From the UHGV virus genome UHGV-1812412: 13,700 nucleotides of DNA; one strand, 5' to 3'. Below are positions 1 through 8,014 of this stretch, in pieces. The notes beneath the pieces are model-generated. The model did no database searches and had not been told where the DNA came from. It saw only the letters and a list, made by a program, of their open reading frames with translations. Numbering within the stretch: position 1 is the stretch's first letter; the number at the start of each line of letters is the position of its first letter. The position numbers and the translations under genes were made by a program. Source of the DNA: a virus.

Positions 1-660
1 AAGGCTAAAGAGTTCGGCATGACCGGATCAGAGGTTGGCGAGCTTATCGGGAAACTGGTAGTCGGCTTAGCTGGTCTGAAAGTTATTACTACACTGCTTT
101 CCCCTCTAACCGGATTTGTTTCACTTGTCACCCAACTGATTTCTCTGATAGGCAAGATTCCAGGTCTGGGCAATCTCGTTAAGGGTGCTGGCGGGGCAGT
201 CGCTGGAAGCCCAACAACAGCATTAGCCGCTGGCAGTGCCGCAGGTGTGGGTGTTGGTGTCGCTGGCGCACTGGGCGCTAAGACGGTAGGCGAGAAGTTC
301 AGAGGATGGATGCAAAGCAAGGCTGATCAGTTCGGGGAGTGGGCTAAATCTAAAGGCCTGCTTAGCGATGAACAGGACGCTATGACCAAACCGGGGGCCT
401 ATAACCATAGCTACATCAACAAGGGGGCTTCCTTTAATCCATATCCAACCATTAGCCCGTCACGTCCTACTCCTAGCACTGGTACGGCTATTCAGAATGG
501 TGGCTATCAACCTGCTCAGGTTAATGTGGTGCCTCAAGGTGAGATTTCCGGCAAATGGGAGATAACTATTGATGAGGGGGGAATTGCCAGGGTGATCCAG
601 AAGGAAGTCAGCGATCAGTTGGATTGGAAAGCCACACAGGAATCTAACCAGCTTTTCTAA
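1..660 (+). CDS. Partial CDS (5' end outside window): C-terminal part of a phage tail tape-measure-like protein
   Basis: Frame 1 is open from position 1 (AAG GCT AAA GAG TTC GGC precede the first ATG at 19), stop TAA at 658-660. Product has two hydrophobic helices followed by a Gly/Ala-rich segment (GAGGAVAGSPTTALAAGSAAGVGVGVAGALGA), a pattern typical of tape measure C-terminal regions. Assignment is by composition only. Confidence 0.45.
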   Translation, partial: KAKEFGMTGSEVGELIGKLVVGLAGLKVITTLLSPLTGFVSLVTQLISLIGKIPGLGNLVKGAGGAVAGSPTTALAAGSAAGVGVGVAGALGAKTVGEKFRGWMQSKADQFGEWAKSKGLLSDEQDAMTKPGAYNHSYINKGASFNPYPTISPSRPTPSTGTAIQNGGYQPAQVNVVPQGEISGKWEITIDEGGIARVIQKEVSDQLDWKATQESNQLF

Positions 661-768
661 TGTCCACTCTGTGGATTTGAGTTCTACTCAAACCTGCATA
701 GCAGGCACTAATATTGTGATCTAAATCAATAAGTTAGCCTGACCGGATAAACTCCAGGCAAGAAAAAA

Positions 769-793
769 GCCCCTAAGTGTTAACAAAGGGGCT
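769..793 (-). terminator. Hairpin terminator oriented for minus-strand transcripts
   Basis: GCCCC (769-773) pairs with GGGGC (788-792) around a 14-nt loop; an A-tract at 762-768 on the + strand gives a U-tract after the hairpin on the - strand. Lies about 435 nt downstream of the last minus-strand gene. Confidence 0.45.
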
Positions 794-824
794 CTTCTCC
801 GGTATCCTTTTGATGCGGGGCAAA

Positions 825-870
825 ACCTGCTAACAAAAATCAACCTCTCGCGAGACTAATGTTAGCAGGT
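825..870. repeat. Perfect 11-bp inverted repeat (ACCTGCTAACA / TGTTAGCAGGT) with a 24-nt spacer that contains the palindrome TCTCGCGAGA
   Basis: Read directly: 825-835 is the exact reverse complement of 860-870; nested palindrome at 845-854. Confidence 0.7.
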
Positions 871-1227
871 TGCCGGAAGGTAAGTCAACTCCGGCCTATA
901 AACCTTAAAGCGACTATAAAATCGCCCCGCCAATTGTGATGATCCGACCTTTGAGGCGGGTCCGGTGCCCAGGGGGTGCAGTGATGCACAAACCAGGCAA
1001 CGATAAACAGGCTAACAGTGATAGCGGCGCTCAATCAGCGCACTAAATCCTAACCAGTCCGGGAAAGAGGCTGGCTCTATCGACCGCTCATGCACGGGAC
1101 AATGCATACCTGATAAAGGATTCTCACAAGGGACCAATCGCGAGAAAAGAAGTGGAAAGGGGCTGATTTGTGGTGTATCACTACGGCCTCAAAAGAACAC
1201 TATTGTCTTTTTTAAGCCGGACCGTGA

Positions 1228-1686
1228 TTAGCCTCTCCCCACATTTGACCAATATTTGATTGCACCGATCAAATCATCATAGTGGCGCATGGCATCATTG
1301 AAGCCTTTATAGCTTGCCCATTGTGGGGAAACCTTGTTATTGCTGAATTGCCCACTAATCAGGATAGTCTCCAAAATGTCGGCGTATCGCTTGCCAATTC
1401 GCTTTCTGACGGCCTCAGAGCTCCCACCCTTTACGATTGCATTAATCAGGGCTTTTGTGTGTCTCAGGCTCTCATAGAGCATTGCAGCGTGGGCAGATTC
1501 CATAAAGGAGCGCTTAGGCAGATCACCCCACCCCTCAGAATGAATTGCTGCCAGTGTGGCGTAATTCAGGCCGCTATAGTGCTTTCCGTCATCCCAGCCA
1601 ACCGCTACACCTTCCATCTGTGAGAGCTCTTTATGCAGCTTATCCATCATGCGCTTGTCTATGGTGCAACGGACTTTCGGACTCAT
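1228..1686 (-). CDS. Hypothetical phage-associated protein, 152 aa
   Basis: Intact ORF; its ATG (1686..1684) overlaps the stop of the upstream gene in an ATGA arrangement (translational coupling); GGAGA 7 nt upstream. No family recognised. Confidence 0.55.
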   Translation of the reverse strand: MSPKVRCTIDKRMMDKLHKELSQMEGVAVGWDDGKHYSGLNYATLAAIHSEGWGDLPKRSFMESAHAAMLYESLRHTKALINAIVKGGSSEAVRKRIGKRYADILETILISGQFSNNKVSPQWASYKGFNDAMRHYDDLIGAIKYWSNVGRG

Positions 1687-2513
1687 TTGTTGATCTCCGT
1701 GATGTCATCGAGCAACATGTTGGCCTTATCAATCATCGTTTCGTGGAACTCATTCGACACAACAGACTTATCACCTGCGGCAATCTTTCCAGCAGCCTCT
1801 CCCTGTGCATATTCCCCGCGATGCTTAGCCCTGGTTGATTTCGTAGCAGCGTTGCCAGCGTTGCTACCCTCTTTAGCACTATTAACAGCACCCTTTTGCT
1901 GTGTTTTATTCACCTTCTTACTGTTAGTGAAAACTCCGGCATTTTCGACCATCTTCACCTTGAAGGTGCGGAATTCTTCAAAAGTGCAATCAATAGTGAT
2001 GCAGTCACCAGAGGAAGAGCTACGCTTAACTTCACATTTCGTCATGATGAAGTTCTCAAGGAGTCCGGCATCTTCACTTACCAGGCTAACAAGCTGGCGC
2101 TTGTCTCTCATTTCTATAAGTGCCTGAACAGCGGCGGCAGGGCGCATAGATTCACGGGGATTATCTGGATCAGTGTTCCGGTCGATGTAGTTCTCTTTCC
2201 GGATGATATGAGGGGAAGAGGTAATAATGCCCGTAAAGCTGACAGATTTATCTTTAATGACGGCATGGTCTGACATGGTGGTGCCATCCTCGACCGCATA
2301 GCTCGATTTCTCAACAGGGAACGAATAGCTGACATCAGAGATAGAGTCAAAGAAGATAGCCACATTATCGGTATAGTTGAAGCCATCCATTATATTTTTG
2401 TTTTGTGAATATCCCCCACACATAACAGTGAATGCAGGAGATCTCGACTCAGCTTGTTTTGCAGCTGTCAGAGCATCACTAGCCATAGTAAACATGCCTC
2501 CAAATTGGTCCAC
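1683..2513 (-). CDS. Hypothetical protein, 276 aa, with a Lys/Ala/Gly-rich low-complexity C-terminal region
   Basis: Intact ORF coupled to the downstream gene. The first ATG at 2513 has no usable Shine-Dalgarno; an in-frame ATG at 2486 has GGAGG 10 nt upstream and may be the true start. No family recognised. Confidence 0.55.
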   Translation of the reverse strand: MDQFGGMFTMASDALTAAKQAESRSPAFTVMCGGYSQNKNIMDGFNYTDNVAIFFDSISDVSYSFPVEKSSYAVEDGTTMSDHAVIKDKSVSFTGIITSSPHIIRKENYIDRNTDPDNPRESMRPAAAVQALIEMRDKRQLVSLVSEDAGLLENFIMTKCEVKRSSSSGDCITIDCTFEEFRTFKVKMVENAGVFTNSKKVNKTQQKGAVNSAKEGSNAGNAATKSTRAKHRGEYAQGEAAGKIAAGDKSVVSNEFHETMIDKANMLLDDITEINK

Positions 2514-2645
2514 TTCATGGATTTGGCTAAAGCCAAACCTGCAAAAGATGCAGGCAAAATAGAACTTATCGTTGCCCTGCTTAAAATCTGCAGAAAATAC
2601 AGGGCAGTTATTCGTTAGAATCGCTTATAGCTCTTCCCGAGAGCG

Positions 2646-2897
2646 TTATTTTGCAAAACGGTTATGGGCATTCAGGGCTTTTTTGCGGTCCTGGGCTTGT
2701 TTGCGTGCAATAAAATGTTCGAAAGTCTCGGCCCAGGTGCATTTATTATATTCACGGTACTTATGCATAGCCTGGCGGCTAACGTCATAGCAGGCGGCAA
2801 ATGTGGAGATACGCAGAAATTCCGGCAGATCCTCGTCATCGATATGGATAATATCAAAAGGCACGTCGTCACGGTCGCCGTATAAAACAATTTTCAT
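2646..2897 (-). CDS. Small protein, 83 aa, possible helix-turn-helix DNA-binding protein
   Basis: ORF track starts at a GTG at 2906; the in-frame ATG at 2897 has GAGGTG 6 nt upstream. Segment ISTFAACYDVSRQAMHKY resembles an HTH. Function not established. Confidence 0.5.
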   Translation of the reverse strand: MKIVLYGDRDDVPFDIIHIDDEDLPEFLRISTFAACYDVSRQAMHKYREYNKCTWAETFEHFIARKQAQDRKKALNAHNRFAK

Positions 2898-2931
2898 AAA
2901 AGACACCTCAAAAACTTAAGACGGGGATAAT

Positions 2932-2980
2932 AAAAAAGGGAAGAGGGAAAGACCTATCCCCGATCTCTCACCTCTTCCCT
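2932..2980 (-). terminator. Rho-independent terminator immediately downstream of the capsid-like gene
   Basis: 9-bp stem GGGAAGAGG (2938-2946) / CCTCTTCCC (2971-2979) with a 24-nt loop; A6 at 2932-2937 on + gives a U-tract after the hairpin on the - strand. T-rich on the + side too (2980-2994), so possibly bidirectional. Confidence 0.6.
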
Positions 2981-3010
2981 TTGCTTTTATTTGGCCTTCG
3001 AAGAAGGACC

Positions 3011-4054
3011 TTATTTAGCCTTGGCTTTTGCCAGAGCAGCGGCGGCGGAGTTACTAACACTCACTTTAACCACAACCTCAGGCATCATGTTCATGAAAGC
3101 ATAAGAGGATTCAATGAAGATTTCTCGTTTACCTCTGGACTCTTCCATATACATGAAAGCTTCACGTGCAGCGCCGTTTGCAAGCTTCAGGTTGCGAGCG
3201 CAAGGGCCGAAAAATTGAGTATAAACGCCCACCATATCGCCTAACGCATGTGGCTGGAATTGTGGGACCAGATAAGCAGTATTCTCTGGCAGACTATCCA
3301 TTTGCACCACACGCAGAGCTAAGCCCGGAATGCGGAAGGTCGGGAAGCCCGGCAGAATATCCTCAGGGAACATCAGACCTTTATCGGTAATATTCTGATT
3401 GCCGAACAACAGCACTTTACGGAGCAGTTCATCAGTCTGAATAGCGGCGAACACCTCAGCACGGCAGAACAGGGTGAAACCACGCAGAGCGCGAACGACA
3501 CCACGCTGTTTAACCTTGCTCAGTGCAACCAGGTCCTGCAGTTGTTTGAGAATATCTTGAGCTAGATCCATTTCAGAGGTGGACTGTTCCACGCCCAGCA
3601 GTTCGCACACATTCAGCTCTTTACCCTTGGTGAGGATAATTTTGTTCTCAAAGAGAGCAAGCTGGCGTGCTTCTTCGTGGGTCTGGCGTAAGCCTTCGCC
3701 CAGTTGAATAACACGACGAGCGGTTACAGACTCTAAATTCTCTTCGGAATCTTTGCCCGGAACACGGATACCTTGCCAGTCAGAAGGATAAATAGCACTT
3801 GATGCGGCAGTGAATGCCATATCACCCGTGCCCGTTTCACGCTCATCTGCGGTAATGGTCGCCATCTGTTCACCGTAGCGCGGATACTGACCGAAAGCGG
3901 TTTGTTTCACCTGGCGAACTTTGTCATATTCAAATTTAAAGGTATTGCACAGAGCAGTAGTGTTGAAGATATCCATTGCTGAAATAATCTGGTTATCCAG
4001 CGGGATGTCTTTAATCAAGCCACACAGATCGCGGACTTCGAATTCTTTTTTCAT
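3011..4054 (-). CDS. Putative phage major capsid protein (lambda gpE-like), 347 aa
   Basis: Long ORF; ATG at 4054 with GGAGG 6 nt upstream (ORF track begins at a TTG at 4060). N-terminal MDIFNTTALCNTFKFEYD and C-terminal IESSYAFMNMMPEVVVKVSV resemble lambda gpE (TTAQLL...KFKFD; MIQSAPLMLLADPDEFVSV) as recalled from memory, not search-verified. Followed by a strong terminator, as expected for a highly expressed capsid gene. Confidence 0.55.
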   Translation of the reverse strand: MKKEFEVRDLCGLIKDIPLDNQIISAMDIFNTTALCNTFKFEYDKVRQVKQTAFGQYPRYGEQMATITADERETGTGDMAFTAASSAIYPSDWQGIRVPGKDSEENLESVTARRVIQLGEGLRQTHEEARQLALFENKIILTKGKELNVCELLGVEQSTSEMDLAQDILKQLQDLVALSKVKQRGVVRALRGFTLFCRAEVFAAIQTDELLRKVLLFGNQNITDKGLMFPEDILPGFPTFRIPGLALRVVQMDSLPENTAYLVPQFQPHALGDMVGVYTQFFGPCARNLKLANGAAREAFMYMEESRGKREIFIESSYAFMNMMPEVVVKVSVSNSAAAALAKAKAK

Positions 4055-4065
4055 CTCCAACCTCC

Positions 4066-4401
4066 TTATTGTGCAACACGCAAATCGCCATTGCTGGCAG
4101 CGATAACAGCGGCTAAGCCTTCTTTATCCACGTAGGCCGGATTGATATAACAGCCCTTGTTGGCAACAACGATAAAAGCATCACCAACCTCAGCACGTTC
4201 TACAACCAGCAGCGGAGTTTTATCGGTGTGCGTTTCTTTAACGAAGGTCTCAACCTCGCCAGCCTCAGTCACCACAACAACAGTGCCAGCCGGAATCTCA
4301 GCTTTAACTTTGTTTTTAATTTCAACGTCGCGAATACTAAATTGCTCATCTGCGGCGTATGAAATGATGTGTCCGCGTGTGCGGATAGTCATATCTCTCA
4401 T
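4066..4401 (-). CDS. Putative head decoration / capsid accessory protein, 111 aa
   Basis: ORF ends 11 nt before the capsid start; AGGTGA 6 nt upstream of its ATG. Size and position directly upstream of the capsid gene fit a decoration or cement protein. Function is by context only. Confidence 0.45.
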   Translation of the reverse strand: MRDMTIRTRGHIISYAADEQFSIRDVEIKNKVKAEIPAGTVVVVTEAGEVETFVKETHTDKTPLLVVERAEVGDAFIVVANKGCYINPAYVDKEGLAAVIAASNGDLRVAQ

Positions 4402-5215
4402 TTGATCACCTGCGATTTAAATTAACTCCCCTCAAAGAGTTCCGGTATAACCTCTCAAACCACGACGCTCGGGCCGAAAAGTTATGCCGGAAATCTAAAG
4501 GGAAATTGATACAAGGAGAGGGAGATAGCCCCGCACCGTCCAAGCGGGGGCTATTCCATATGGGGAAAACCAACAACAGTTGGCTGATAGTTCACAGTAT
4601 GGGTTACTAGAGAGCACTATCACGAAAGACACTCCCCCGAATCAGTTCAGGCTGCGGTCACATCAGCGGGGAAATACCTTTCGGGATAGCTACCCACACA
4701 GAAAACCCGCAAAAGAAAACTGTGTGGATAACTAGCCCAATAGGAGAATTAATCGACCACTCAACGATGATCAGGGTAGTGTTATTTATAAGGCGGCACC
4801 GCTACCTGGTCGCCTTTACTTTGGAGGAAAATACGGCAAATCAAGATCTTCTCACAATGATATTGACGCCATACTGTATATTATATCAGTATTTACTCAC
4901 ATTGTCAACACCCTGATTATATAAATTCTAATAATTAGCGTAGTAACGGTATTTTCAGACCTCTATCAATCCCATCAATACGTCACCCCACCCTTTAGAT
5001 GCATACATCCGACCTACTTTGTAGGCTTGGCGTACTGCCAAGGTCGCAGCTATGCGACTCCTATCTATCACCACTTTATAAAGCTTGATAGATATCCGTT
5101 GATCAATATCAATGTTTTCCGGGGATTTACCCGGCTATAGTTCGAATCAAGGAAGGGGAGCATTGATAGCACCCAACCGAGCAAACAAATCAACTTCTCG
5201 CAAAAGGTTATAGAT

Positions 5216-5338
5216 ATGGGTATCAAGAACAGTGCCAGCGCATGGCAAAAGGCCAGGTTTCATCACCCACACATGGTTAAGGCAATTGAGGTGGTTGGAG
5301 TTTTAGCCCTGATGTTAGCTCTGTGTGTGGAGGTGTGA
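5216..5338 (+). CDS. Micro-ORF, 40 aa, hydrophobic C-terminus (MGIKNSASAWQKARFHHPHMVKAIEVVGVLALMLALCVEV)
   Basis: ATG preceded by AAAGG 8 nt upstream inside a 17-nt leader motif that is duplicated before the membrane protein gene; its stop is 1 nt before the next ATG. Confidence 0.25.
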   Translation: MGIKNSASAWQKARFHHPHMVKAIEVVGVLALMLALCVEV

Positions 5339-5339
5339 G

Positions 5340-5420
5340 ATGGGCAAAGGAGGCAAAGCATTTTTAATAGGTCTGGCAGTCTTAGATTTTGTATTAATCA
5401 TCATTGAGCGGAGTTTATGA
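5340..5420 (+). CDS. Micro-ORF, 26 aa, single hydrophobic helix (MGKGGKAFLIGLAVLDFVLIIIERSL)
   Basis: ATG at 5340 with GGAGG 6 nt upstream; its stop overlaps the ATG of the following HTH gene (ATGA at 5417-5420). Confidence 0.25.
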   Translation: MGKGGKAFLIGLAVLDFVLIIIERSL

Positions 5421-5677
5421 CGGGAACTAAAGATATTAAGAGACTGAGGGAAGAGCTGATAGCTGAAATTAAAGCGAAGGCAAAGCAAATGGAGATAGCC
5501 GCACAAATGGATGTAGCGGAACAGATGTACAAGATGGTTGAGGAGGGAACGCCACGACAGGTTATAGCAAAAACCTTCGGTGTGGGGATCGCCACCGTGC
5601 ACAGAAGGCTGAAAGCCTATGCCGACTACCACAATATCGAGAGAAAGGAGGATGGGAGATTTAAGAAGAATAAATAG
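5417..5677 (+). CDS. Small DNA-binding protein with resolvase/invertase-type helix-turn-helix, 86 aa
   Basis: Segment TPRQVIAKTFGVGIATVHRRLK matches the pattern of the Hin/Gin-type C-terminal HTH (PRQ-LA-FG-G-ST--R, recalled from memory); N-terminal half predicted coiled coil. No catalytic recombinase domain present. Confidence 0.65.
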   Translation: MTGTKDIKRLREELIAEIKAKAKQMEIAAQMDVAEQMYKMVEEGTPRQVIAKTFGVGIATVHRRLKAYADYHNIERKEDGRFKKNK

Positions 5678-5769
5678 TGTGAACAGTCCAATAGGTTAAG
5701 CTCTGGCTCATAGCCCTCGCCTCGAGGGTGTTATTAACTAAATTCAACTTCTCGCAAAGGGGTACCATT

Positions 5770-6291
5770 ATGTTATTTCAGAAAGATAAAGAATCAGAAA
5801 ACAAAAAGCTTTTTAAAGCAATAGTAAAAATGTTCTTTCAGTACACTGCAGCGTTTTTGATAGCCGGGCCTTGGTTAATGGCTATCTGTTTTTACCCTGC
5901 TACCTTGTTTATTGGCAGTAGCAAGTTCGGCGATGGCCCGTTTCATGTGGATATTGGTTTTATAGATTCTCTCCTGATCCGTCCTATAAATGCTGTTCTC
6001 AATGCTTTCTACTTCCCCACTAGTCTAGAGGGGTGGTCGGTAACCTGGGGTGTTTTAGGCTTAGCATATGTATATTGGTTGGTTGGCTTTTTGTGGGGTG
6101 CAATCTGTGCTCTCCTCGATATTGATACAGGATCAAGCCGTAGGAGTGGTGGTAATAATAGCGGAGCGGGTGTATATGCACACGTAGGTACCAGAGGGGT
6201 AAGTATCACCGCAGGTACCCGATTCGCTGGCGGCTGGCTGAGCATAGGCAAACGCGGCGTTAGTTGGAGAAAAAGCAAAAAACTGTTCTGA
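5770..6291 (+). CDS. Membrane protein, 173 aa from ATG 5770, with at least two hydrophobic helices and a Gly-rich basic tail containing a repeated G-x-R-G-V-S motif
   Basis: ORF track starts at a GTG at 5728; the ATG at 5770 has AAGGGG 7 nt upstream. Hydrophobic helices FFQYTAAFLIAGPWLMAICFYPATLFI and WGVLGLAYVYWLVGFLWGAICALL; tail has GTRGVS and GKRGVS. Terminator directly downstream. Confidence 0.6.
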   Translation: MLFQKDKESENKKLFKAIVKMFFQYTAAFLIAGPWLMAICFYPATLFIGSSKFGDGPFHVDIGFIDSLLIRPINAVLNAFYFPTSLEGWSVTWGVLGLAYVYWLVGFLWGAICALLDIDTGSSRRSGGNNSGAGVYAHVGTRGVSITAGTRFAGGWLSIGKRGVSWRKSKKLF

Positions 6292-6298
6292 CCTACCA

Positions 6299-6322
6299 GG
6301 GGGGCCATCACGGCCCCTTTTT
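6299..6322 (+). terminator. Rho-independent terminator after the membrane protein gene
   Basis: GGGGCC (6301-6306) / GGCCCC (6312-6317) stem with 5-nt loop, followed by TTTTT (6318-6322). Confidence 0.7.
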
Positions 6323-7636
6323 ATTTATCCCTCAATTAACCCCTATTTATCCCCTATTTAATGCCTATTTATTGATTTAATCCGTTTTATGCCACAACCG
6401 CCCGGTTGACAGAGTAAGAGAGAGGGTGTAACCCTTTTTCGTAATACCAATAAAATCAATAGCTTAGCTCAATTGGCCTTTTCTCTGTTTTTGTCAAATT
6501 TAACATACCCTCAAAAACTGCAAAATCTGGCTGCAAGATTATCTGCAGCTGGATTTCTTACACCTCAATTTGTGGTATCACCCTGACTAGTTTGTGCATA
6601 AAATGAACAGTTTTTAACATTTCCTCCTCACCTGGTAACCACACAAAAAGCTAAAAACGAGGCACAGATAATCTTAGAGGCCTGTTTTCTTGTTATCACT
6701 CTGGGAACGTCGTAGAAGTGATTTTGATGAAAGACGGCCTACCCTATTACACCCCCATTTTTTGTTATCACAATTGCATCCTGTGCGGTATATGACTATG
6801 TGCTGAAAGCGGTCTCAGGTGTTGGTGTCAGAAATATCCATTAGCGGTATTTGAGCTTATGGGTAACTCGTCTGAGGTGCCAGGCAGGCGCTCCCCTACC
6901 TCCCCTTTTTCTTCTAACAATTCTCAAATATCACACCACTGCCCACCACGTTGCTATTATGTTAATTCTTAAGCTTTGCTGTATGTTGTGCACATTATTT
7001 ATTCAGATGCATGTACGTAAATTCTGTGCCCACTGATCATGATTTTTAAATCAGATTTTGTAGTGCGCTTTATTAGTGTAGATAAGATCTATTATGTTAA
7101 ATGCAATTTTCCCAACCCTTCAAATCAATGACTTACATGTAAGCATGCACTAACACCCCACACAGCACATTAGACGTGTAGATGTCTATATCCCACATTT
7201 TTGATTGTTTTGTAGTCATTCCCCTGATCATTTAACCAGTATAGTTTGCTCTCTGCAGACCACAAAATCGGAATTTACATCTGATTAACATAATCTGTTA
7301 GCATGATCACCATTACCCACACAACAATAACCCCATGCAAGCCTCTTCAGGCAATTTATCGGCGTGTTGGTGTGAACAGTCTTTCATGTTCTTTATGTAT
7401 TCATGACTGCAAGGAATGTATTCATTGGCCTGTGTGGGGGAAGGATGGACTGCCTCAGGGGCCATACTTATGATGCCCGGTCAACATAGCTGTTGATAAA
7501 ATCAATGGGTGTTGATCTGCGTATTTCCCACACATGAGAGGAAATCAAAGCAAAGAGAGAGGAGAGAGGTTTGTTAGTCAAAATAGGTCAATTGACGGCT
7601 AATACAGAGTAAAAAATCAGATGCAATCACTCCCCC

Positions 7637-7819
7637 ACCTGTTGGGATTTCCCTCACCTGTATAAGAATACAGTCATACTTTCCCGTTATACGGTCATAC
7701 ACATGATGGAATAACCTGTTGGAATTTCCCACAGGTTCAACCATACATAAGCATTAACCTGTTGGAATTTCCTACTACTACCTGTCGGTATTTCCCACAG
7801 GTACCTGTTGGAATTTCCC
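7637..7819. repeat. Iteron array: five direct copies of a 17-mer ACCTGTYGGWATTTCCC
   Basis: Copies at 7637-7653, 7714-7730, 7757-7772, 7780-7796, 7803-7819; the last three are exactly 23 bp apart. Two copies are followed by the inverse ACAGGT. Partial copies of the ATTTCCCACA core at 7522-7534 and 8321-8333. Confidence 0.75.
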
Positions 7820-7911
7820 ACACTAATAGATAAAGAGAATAGATTAATAAAAAGATACCCCCCTAACCCCCCAGGGGGAATGGGGAGGGATCAGAGAGTG
7901 GGGAAGGTTTT

Positions 7912-8014
7912 CTAGATGTACGTAATTGGTACACTTAAAGGTGGATAATATGAGGCTAGATGTACGTAATTGGTACACTTAGAATATTCTAGATGTACGT
8001 AATTGGTACACTTA
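7912..8014. repeat. Three identical 26-bp direct repeats CTAGATGTACGTAATTGGTACACTTA, each with an internal dyad TGTAC-N7-GTACA
   Basis: Copies at 7912-7937, 7956-7981, 7989-8014; start-to-start spacing 44 and 33 bp (multiples of about 11, same helical face). A near DnaA box GGTGGATAA lies at 7940-7948. Confidence 0.8.

Noticed and set aside
223-4405. Opposite-strand ORFs overlapping the long genes (223..408 -, 1282..1623 +, 1545..1838 +, 1633..2127 +, 1896..2273 +, 2114..2386 -, 2377..2562 +, 2572..2790 +, 2664..2885 +, 2672..2890 -, 2981..3244 +, 3166..3390 +, 3921..4106 +, 4157..4405 +)
   Set aside because: They lie antisense or out of frame within better-supported genes, lack Shine-Dalgarno sequences, and have skewed low-complexity compositions typical of shadow ORFs.
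4722-4916. 64-aa plus-strand ORF in the non-coding leader
   Set aside because: Begins at a GTG inside a hairpin with no RBS and has an implausible composition.
5140-5148. GTTCGAATC, an exact match to the tRNA T-loop motif
   Set aside because: Flanking bases cannot form the 5-bp T-stem or an acceptor stem, and no D-arm or anticodon arm is apparent; no tRNA called.
5315-5632. Minus-strand ORFs 5315..5632 and 5401..5595
   Set aside because: They overlap the well-supported plus-strand HTH gene and micro-ORFs, which have RBSs and coupled start/stop codons.
6851-7036. 61-aa plus-strand ORF in the AT-rich non-coding region
   Set aside because: No RBS, Leu/Cys-rich low-complexity product; treated as a chance ORF.
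7637-8014. Possible CRISPR array
   Set aside because: Repeats are 17 and 26 bp with irregular or very short spacers, there are only three to five copies, and no cas genes; iterons or operators fit better.
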